From the NCBI GenBank assembly GCA_965644265.1, contig OZ286464.1, positions 91,946,001 to 92,010,000 on the forward strand: a stretch of DNA of 64,000 bases, read 5' to 3'. Under the pieces are notes generated by a model, which was not told the origin of the DNA, made no database searches, and worked only from the letters and a program-made list of their open reading frames with translations. Positions 41,601 through 50,600 of this stretch are shown here, one piece after another. Position 1 is the first letter of the stretch; the number at the start of each line of letters is the position of its first letter. The position numbers and the translations under genes were made by a program. This stretch comes from Glycera tridactyla. Its lineage: Eukaryota.

Positions 41601-44600
41601 GTAGTGTAGCTCATGCCATCTCCACTCACAACTTGGACTTCAACAGGGCCCGGGACCAGCACATTCTCCTGCCAAAATATTGGGAGTTGGTCACCATGTC
41701 ATGTGTCCATCTCTGGACAGAAAGGTCACTTGATGACACATCAAACTGATCGCATAAGCCATTTGCTGACAGAGGGATTCAGATGGATCCTGAAAGCTAC
41801 GTACTTTCCAATGACACTGTTTATGACATGAGTCTACAATTGCTCATATATAGTAGACATCCCAATAATATTGCAGCCTGGCTCTCACCTTGACTACGAC
41901 TGGTGGGACAGGCACAGTCTCAGAGGAGTTGATGTAGGAGGTGTAATTCTTCCATTGAAAGACGGGACGATTATCGTTGACATTCTCGATACTTATAGTG
42001 AGGTTGACATCGGTGAGATGTCCTTCACCGAAACTGTCACCAGCGGTGAATTTGAGGTTGATGCTTTCGAAGGACTCGTAGTCCAAGCATGGCGGCTCGC
42101 CTGGTATCCCATTGCAGTTAGCCACAGTAATCCTACCAGTTCTTGAGTCAGCTCTGAAACTGCAACAACATTGGAAACAAACAGATTTAGATTTTGACAC
42201 TTTATTTATCTTTGTCAATACAATTATACACAGTGAAAGATGTGTACATCTCCAGGGTGACGAATAAAATATACATATTATTAAATATGACAAGGTGATG
42301 AAGAGAATGGTGATGAATACAGGGTAGGACAATGAGGATGAGATGAGTGAGATGGAATATGATGGATGATCGATCCAATACTCAATGAAGTAAACATAAT
42401 TCTCGAAACATAAAATATGGTAATATTGATGTTGACTTTACCATGCTGATTATAACTGACATCGATGGTTTGTATTAAATACTATCAAACAGACTCGTAT
42501 GAGACATAATAATAAAAAGATAATGAAAATCAAAATTATGCAGACCGAAAGGAATCACTGAAAATAGTGAAGACGCTGAAATTTATTATGATTTCAATTT
42601 ATATATTTCAACTCTTTTAGGAACTTCTTGAAAAGGTCTAATTTCAGATCAGCGGTTTCCGGGTATTTGTCTATGTGATTGTGAACAGCAGTGATACAGT
42701 TCCAATAACTGACAAAATCTACAGCATCATTCCTTCCATAACAAGTTTGGCAAGCCTCACGTGAGGCACGTTAAGCCAACTGAAAGGTGTCGACTCTGGT
42801 TTCAAGAAACTTCTTGACAAGTTGTAGAATGCACTCGCCTGCCCCCAAACAAAGAAAACATGATTATTTCTGTGGACGAACTATTGAAATGGTGAAAAAA
42901 TGAAGTCAATTGCAACCAATCTTGTAAATAAACTCACAACGCAAACATTTATTTCTCATGCCAGCGGCCATCATGTCTTCTTCGATAATAACCTTATTCC
43001 CTGAGAGATTGCAGACACAAAGATGATATAGAGGGAAAAATCAGATGCCAGACCGGGGTTGTAGGAATATGGTGCATGAGAAATGGGGATGCCATTGTGG
43101 TGCAATATAAAATAGCCAGTACTCTGCATAAATTACGCAAATGGGGGCGTTTCCTGCCTGAAGCTGTGCTGATAAATTGCGCCTCGCGTCTCTATTAGAC
43201 GTTATCTGTTCATTCAGCAAAATATACTCATGTATTTTTCATCAGTAGACACTTGCCTGGAATCCCTTAAGAATACAAGCATTTGTGCGTGCATGCGTGT
43301 GTGTATGTGTGTGTGTTTTTGCATTTCATGAATGTGAGTGTATAAAGCAAGCAGAATGAATGTATGTGTATATGAATCTGTATGGGGAAAATGCATGTAA
43401 CCATTGTGATCAATGGTGATTCGGGTCAAATTTTTGGTAAAAAGACTAATCAGTGTGAATTTATTGGCAGGACATGGGTGCACATCTATTGGGATCACTT
43501 TGATTGACTTTGAGATGGAGCGGGTGGAGGCATGCCTAAACTTTTCTCCACCATGAAGAAGTACTCACTATTCTGATCCTGCACCACTCAGCCTGTAACG
43601 CAAGGAACTATCACCATATATACCATCGCTATCATCACCGTCTGTGGCCTGAAATACAAACAACAAAAACATGTGTGAGCATGGGTCATGGGTTAAGATA
43701 CATTCACACAGCTAAAATGAATATTCCAGTGTTCAACATAAGAAGCAGTGGAGTTTGCTCATGCATTCCAAAATCCATGCAACTTTGGCAGTTATAGGTA
43801 GGAGACTTTATGTGATATTATGTTCTTCAGATGCAGATTCCCACTCACCGTAATGGTGATGACAAATGTACCAGGAGAGGCATCTTCCGGGACAGATGCA
43901 TAATACAGATTCTGAGCGAATTTCGGGTCATTGTCATTCACATCATCAATGATAACATCCACAGTTGCAGTAGAGGAAAACTGCTCAACCGTCTCTGTCT
44001 CTCTCGCAACCACCTGAAATTGATAGGATTAAAAGCCAATTGGAAACTGGCTGAGAGAAGCAGCACACATCACTAATCAGAGCAGTAATATGCTGTAACA
44101 GTCTTGACTGGAAGCCATTGCCCAATATTCACTGATTAGTCTTGATTGGTTGGTTAGTTGTTTATAACCTTGTAAGCACCAACTGGCCTATAATGAGATG
44201 TCCATGCAATGGTATGGATGGAAGCATTCAAGACTCCTTCTCCTGGCTCCCCAGTAGATGGAGCAGATTCATGAAACTCACTCATTCAAAGTGTCATTTC
44301 TGCTGACCTCTAGTGGTTTGAACACAAACTCTTGATGGAGGGTAATCAAGGCTCTACACTCAAACTTTTCTTCATCTGTTATTTGGGCAGGTGAAGTATG
44401 ATTCTCACCTGCCCTATAGGGTATCCTTCGACTGCTCATATATCATCAATTTAAAGTCACTCTTTGTGACTTCTGTGCATAATCATGATCTGGGCTGGAG
44501 TTGAATGAAATTGAACATCTTCAATTGGTTTCTCTGGGAAAGTTCTCTACTTCCTTACCACAGGCTGAAATTATACCTGCAATGCACCATGATATATTCC

Positions 44601-47600
44601 AATATCCAAAGTTAATTTTTCATGAACAAAATGGCAGCATGGCCAATCCAACATGTCCTCAACCTAAAGTCCAAAAAGAGGAACATTTCCCCTCCAGTTT
44701 GTGTCACTAAAGACATTTTTACCGCAAATCTTTTGGAGTATGTCTGTATGATCAAGCCCTGAGCAAGTAGGCTGACACCATGGAAGCAAGCAAAAGGTCT
44801 TCACAATCACTAACTTTTTCACAGGGGACCATGACAGTCTGTCTAGAAAGATCACACTTGGTCATGAGAAAAATTGGCTTTGGGGTTGTGGAGGGAAGTG
44901 TTCATATGTTTATAATTAATGACTGATTTCACAATACAGTCGAACCTCCCTATAAAGACCGCCTCCGGTCGCATCAAAGAGGGGTCTTTATAGGGAGGTG
45001 GTCTTTATAGAGAGCTTATTCTCTGTTGAAAATACTGCCACGGTCGCAGCTCAGGGTGGTCTTTATAGGGAGGTGGTTTTTATAGAGAGGTGGTCTTTAG
45101 AGGAGGTTCGACTGTACTAACAGGCAATCACAACCAATCAAAACTAGCATAACATGACTGAAAGCTATTTTTACGAAGGACTGAGATGCCGCTAATATGG
45201 CATTATTGTAATGGAGTAAGGCATCAAGGATGGCCTGCATCACAGCTGGTATACCATATCTCAGCAGTTCCTGGAATCCTTCCAGGATGTACAACTTCTT
45301 AGTGAATGAATTCGGAAAAAAAGGTGAGAATTCTAGCAATTCAGAAAGCACTTTGTGGAAAATCATCAAATCAGGTAAGCTACATGAAAAATCAATGGCA
45401 TTCTTATCCCAAACCAATTTATTTTGCTCTTTCACCAAAAGTCATCAAATTAGGAAAATATTCATCTACTATAAACCACCAGCACCACCTCAGTGTGATC
45501 AGGTATGAACATTTTTTTAGCAAATCATTTTAGCAAAATTGATTTTATTTTAGCATTAGACTTCACTGATTAGCTTTAGCTACAATGCTAATCTATAGAG
45601 GGAACCCAGATATGGTATATCCGACTACAGCCTGTGCAGAATCAGCTATTTGATCGCCTGTAGGGAGGTGGTTTGCATCTTTTAGTGCAGTTCATTGTAG
45701 GCAGGTGTTCTTTGTATGAAGGTGACCTTTGGTGCAGGTTTGCCAGTGTGATATATCCCTGAAGTCTAGATAGAGATTTTGTCATTCTGTCATTCAAGCA
45801 TTGTGTTGTGAACTGTTTTTTTGGAGGCATCTTATGATAAATACAACACAGAATAATGTAGAATAGATACTTACAATGAGTTGGTAGTGCTGTCCTGCAG
45901 GTCCCTGATCGTAGTCCAGTGAGCTATCATTTCTCACTCTGATTTCCACCACCTGTGTGCCATCACCACTGGAGGGCGCCACTTCAAACTGTCGCCGTGT
46001 CTCCTCATTGCTAGTCAGCATAACACTGTACCTTGCATAGCTTCCCTGGAAAGGAAACAGAACTTAAATGTAAACATTCATTTCACAATCCTATCAAATC
46101 TGTGCTGTCCGTGGAAACATGGTACGTCATCAAGCCCAATGCCACATCATTTGGTTATATTGGAAAATTTAACAGAATGCATCAAATTGAAGAAGGTAAT
46201 CTCACCAGATCTAAATCAGTGACTGTGAGGGGGATGAAGGTAAGCTCACCAGATCTACATCAGTGACTGTGAGGGAGATGAGGGTAAGCTCACCAGATCT
46301 ACATCAGTGACTGTGAGGGAGATGAGGGTAAGCTCACCAGATCTAAATCAGTGACTGTGAGGGAGATGAGGGTAAGCTCACCAGATCTACATCAGTGACT
46401 GTGAGGGAGATGAGGGTAAGCTCACCAGATCTACATCAGTGACTGTGAGGAGGATAAAGGTAAGCTCACCAGATCTATATCAGTGACTGTGAGGGAGATG
46501 AGGGTAAGCTCACCAGATCTACATCAGTGACTGTGAGGGAGATGAGGGTAAGCTCACCAGATCTATATCAGTGACTGTGAGGGAGATGAGGGTAAGCTCA
46601 CCAGATCTATATCAGTGACTGTGAGGGAGATGAGGGTAAGCTCACCAGATCTATATCAGTGACTGTGAGGAGGATAAAGGTAAGCTCACCAGATCTATAT
46701 CAGTGACTGTGAGGAGGATAAAGGTAAGCTCACCAGATCTAAATCAGTGACTGTGAGGGGGATGAAGGTAAGCTCACCAGATCTATATCAGTGACTGTGA
46801 GGGTGATGAGGGTAAGCTCACCAGATCTATATCAGTGACTGTGAGGGAGATGAGGGTAAGCTCACCAGATCTAAATCAGTGACTGTGAGGAGGATAAAGG
46901 TAAGCTCACCAGATCTATATCAGTGACTGTGAGGGAGAGGAAGGCAGTTCCCACGGGGATGCTCTCTTTGATCTTCATTTCTGATGTTACTGGCGTGATG
47001 GTTGGAGCATATCTGTTGGCATCCTGGAATTCAACGGTGATCTGCTGCTGACTTGTAGTCTGCATGTCCGTCCCGATCGATCCATCTTCCAACACTTCGG
47101 ATGCCTGCAGCCCAAGGAAATATCACATGGATGTGACATTTTCAGTATAGTATCTGGTGTTGAGTATTGCAAATTTCACAGGATGTCACTTGGCCTTCGG
47201 CATAATTCACACCTCATTTGGTATTGCATTTTTACTTCACGGCCATATATTCTTGCTATAATACAGGATACTGAGCATGGCGCTGTGTGAAATCAGTATG
47301 ATGATATATTTTATAGTTCTCTCATGATTTGTAGGTGAAAAAATTGTGTCATGAGCCAAAGTGAGTGAAAAACCAACATGGCGGTGCTGGAATTTACCTG
47401 TTTGCCTCTCACACTGCTTGCCTTTTGCTGCAAAATGCAGCAAGAAATATTTATTTGCAATATACCTCCAAACAGGTTTTTATGCACCAGTGACCACACA
47501 GCCAAACACATTGTATGCACCAGAAGCCACACATCCAAACATGTCATTTGAAGCAAAGGGTCAAAAGGCCCATAACCCCAACCTAGTATTTCACCAATTA

Positions 47601-50600
47601 CTTACCGAGTCATTCATGAGTGGGATGTGTTGATTAGATTTTTATACAGGGCAGCTTCTCGTGGTAAGAATACAGACTGGCACTTACCCTGACAATGATG
47701 TTGATGACACCACTACTGAAGAAGGGGCTTTCTTGAGTGAGTAATGTAGCAGCGGTGAGCTCACCAGTAACTGCGTTGATGTTGAACAAGTTGCCCGGAT
47801 CTGGAGAAAGCAAGAACACACCGTCCTCTTGATGGATGAAATAAGATCTGACCGACTAGGGTGACTCCATCACTCTTAGTGAGAGCAATCAGTGTTGAGT
47901 GTAAATATGTTGTTCTTGCTTCCAAGATGATCCATGATGAAGGTCATGAAGAATTTCATGATGTTTTAACCACACTTAATATAGCAGTTTGAGTCACATG
48001 AGGTATTTGATTGATTTGCTTCAACAAGTTTCAATTTCATGACTGCTACTAACATTGTGTTAATGCCTCTTTACAAACTTTTTAGTTCATTCATATACTC
48101 AGTTAATGAAGGATTCAGAGAGCCAGGTGCACAAAGTGTCTTATCTTACTGTAAAGTCATGGAGAACATCTTAGCCAGTAAGCCACCACCTGAACTACAA
48201 CCACCACACCTTCACAGAAGATGGGAGACTGAATGGTTAAGCCGTGGAGTAATCCTGAACCGGGACCAGCTCCTCGCTTCAAATAACGTTTCTGTGAGTA
48301 TCCGTTCAAATCAACATTAAGATCATGGAAAGCTGGTTACATTGTGACTACAGATAATTGAGCAAGCAAAACGACTTGATTACTGATGTGGGTGTAATTG
48401 TCACCGCTTCTGACAGTAACATCGCTTTCATCTCACCTTTTCAATCTCCTACTGGGGTATTATACTCCATGGTTTGTAAGAATGTAAAATTTACGCTAAT
48501 CAAGAATTACCATGGAATTTCAGCTGCAACAACCCAAATATTGTGTGCAGCGAGGCATAGGGGTGATTATACTCAAACACAAGAACATCCTGTCATTCAA
48601 GACAAAAATGCCAACTCAAGGAGAAAACTCTGGCCAATGAGAGCTTTGATATTGCTGACCCTATATTGATATTCATATGTTGATTGTTCTGGCAAATTTC
48701 TTCAAAGACCAATCTGACTGTGATCTTGTTCTTACGGGCTGATTGATGCAAAATGTACAATAAAACCTGCCACCACACACCCCTGACAAGAGACCATGTC
48801 CGACAGGAGACCGCTTTACCCAGGCAGCTTTTCTAATTGACATAGTCAAATACACCTCTGATGAGTGACCACCTCCTCAATATAATCCTTTTTCATGAAA
48901 TTTGAGGAGGCCTCTAATCACAGGTTTCAGTAAATTTACATGAAATCACCGATAATACCACATTCTTGACAGATGCAGGCCACTCTGACGCGGCTAGGAA
49001 GGAATTTTCTGATAAGGTATCTGCCATTATTGATAGACATGCTCCTATGAAAACCAGAATGTTTTGAGACACAAATCTTCTCTGGATAAATGCTGACTAT
49101 CGTGGTATGATAGATTTATGAGAATACCGCACATCTATCGAACTATAGTGAATTTAGCACTAAAACAAGAAGCTTTTCGACAGCGTGCAGTCTTGAAATG
49201 TCAGTTGATTAAATCTCGCGTTGATAATGTTATCGAGCAAAACTCAGATGATCCAAAGAAAATGTGGACAGAAATTAAGAAACTATGGCCATTAGCAAAG
49301 AAAAATGATATCTTGCCATCATTTCCGCCCACCTGCGATACACCAATCGAGCAAGCAAATATGCTGAATGAGTATTTCTAGTCATAGCACCTCCTATTTA
49401 GTACCTGAGTTGTTGTGATAAGCTTTTGAGGAACCAGTAGTGCTCTACAATATGGACTTGGGTAATAGTGCTATATAGGAACCCATTCTTGTCCGATATA
49501 TGTTGTATGTAGCTATGCATTCTGGGTACTTGATAAGTTCGAATTGTGTGGTATGTTACGTTTGTCTACTTATGCTCGATGTCACCATATCATCCAGGGC
49601 CTTCGCCCAGTGCACCTTTTGTTCTATGTTATATGCACTGTGTTCTATCTATGTGATGACCATGGAAACATGTAACATGACCTTGTCCATTATTCCTTGA
49701 ATAAAACTATTACAACAACAACAACTCTATTCACCATTATTAACAGAATTACTCACTTTGAACAAGGCTATATCTGATCTCGTTCTGCACCGTCTCATCT
49801 CCGTCCACAGCTACGATTGTTGTGATGAGGGTACCCTACAAGTAAACACCCTCCAATCACAAACATCATACACAATAGAATGGAACTATATGTCATAATA
49901 CACGATTGGAATATACATACCAGACTTCTATAAACCACCCAATTTTGTGGGCGGATTTGAACCTGATACCACATCATATACAATAATGAGGTTCAAGCCA
50001 AATCCACATGAAGTAAAGTGAAAACACGTTGACAGGATAAACAGAGCAGGTTTTTGCTTAGTACCAAACAAATTTGAGGCAGGTTCGAATGTATAAATTG
50101 ATTGGGGTAGATATGGGCCCAGGACATCTTTTCATCTTGTTTGAAAGAGCAAGTTTCAGCTGAAGCATGCATGTAATGATAGTGTGCTGTCAACCTCTTC
50201 TAGTATGATGACAAGCATCCATGTAATGATAGTGTGCTGTCAACCCCTACTAGTATGTTGACAAGCATACATGTAATGATAGTGTGCTGTCAACCCCTAC
50301 TAGTATGATGACAAGCATACATGTAATGATAGTGTGCTGTCAACCTCTACTAGTATGATGACAAGCATCCATGTAATGATAGTGTGCTGTCAACCTCTAC
50401 TAGTATGATGACAAGCATCCATGTAATGATAGTGTGCTGTCAACCTCTACTAGTATGATGACAAGCATACATGTAATGATAGTGTGCTGTCAACCTCTAC
50501 TAGTATGATGACAAGCATCCATGTAATGATAGTGTGCTGTCAGCCTCTACTAGTATGATGACAAGCATCCATGTAATGATAGTGTGCTGTCAACCTCTAC

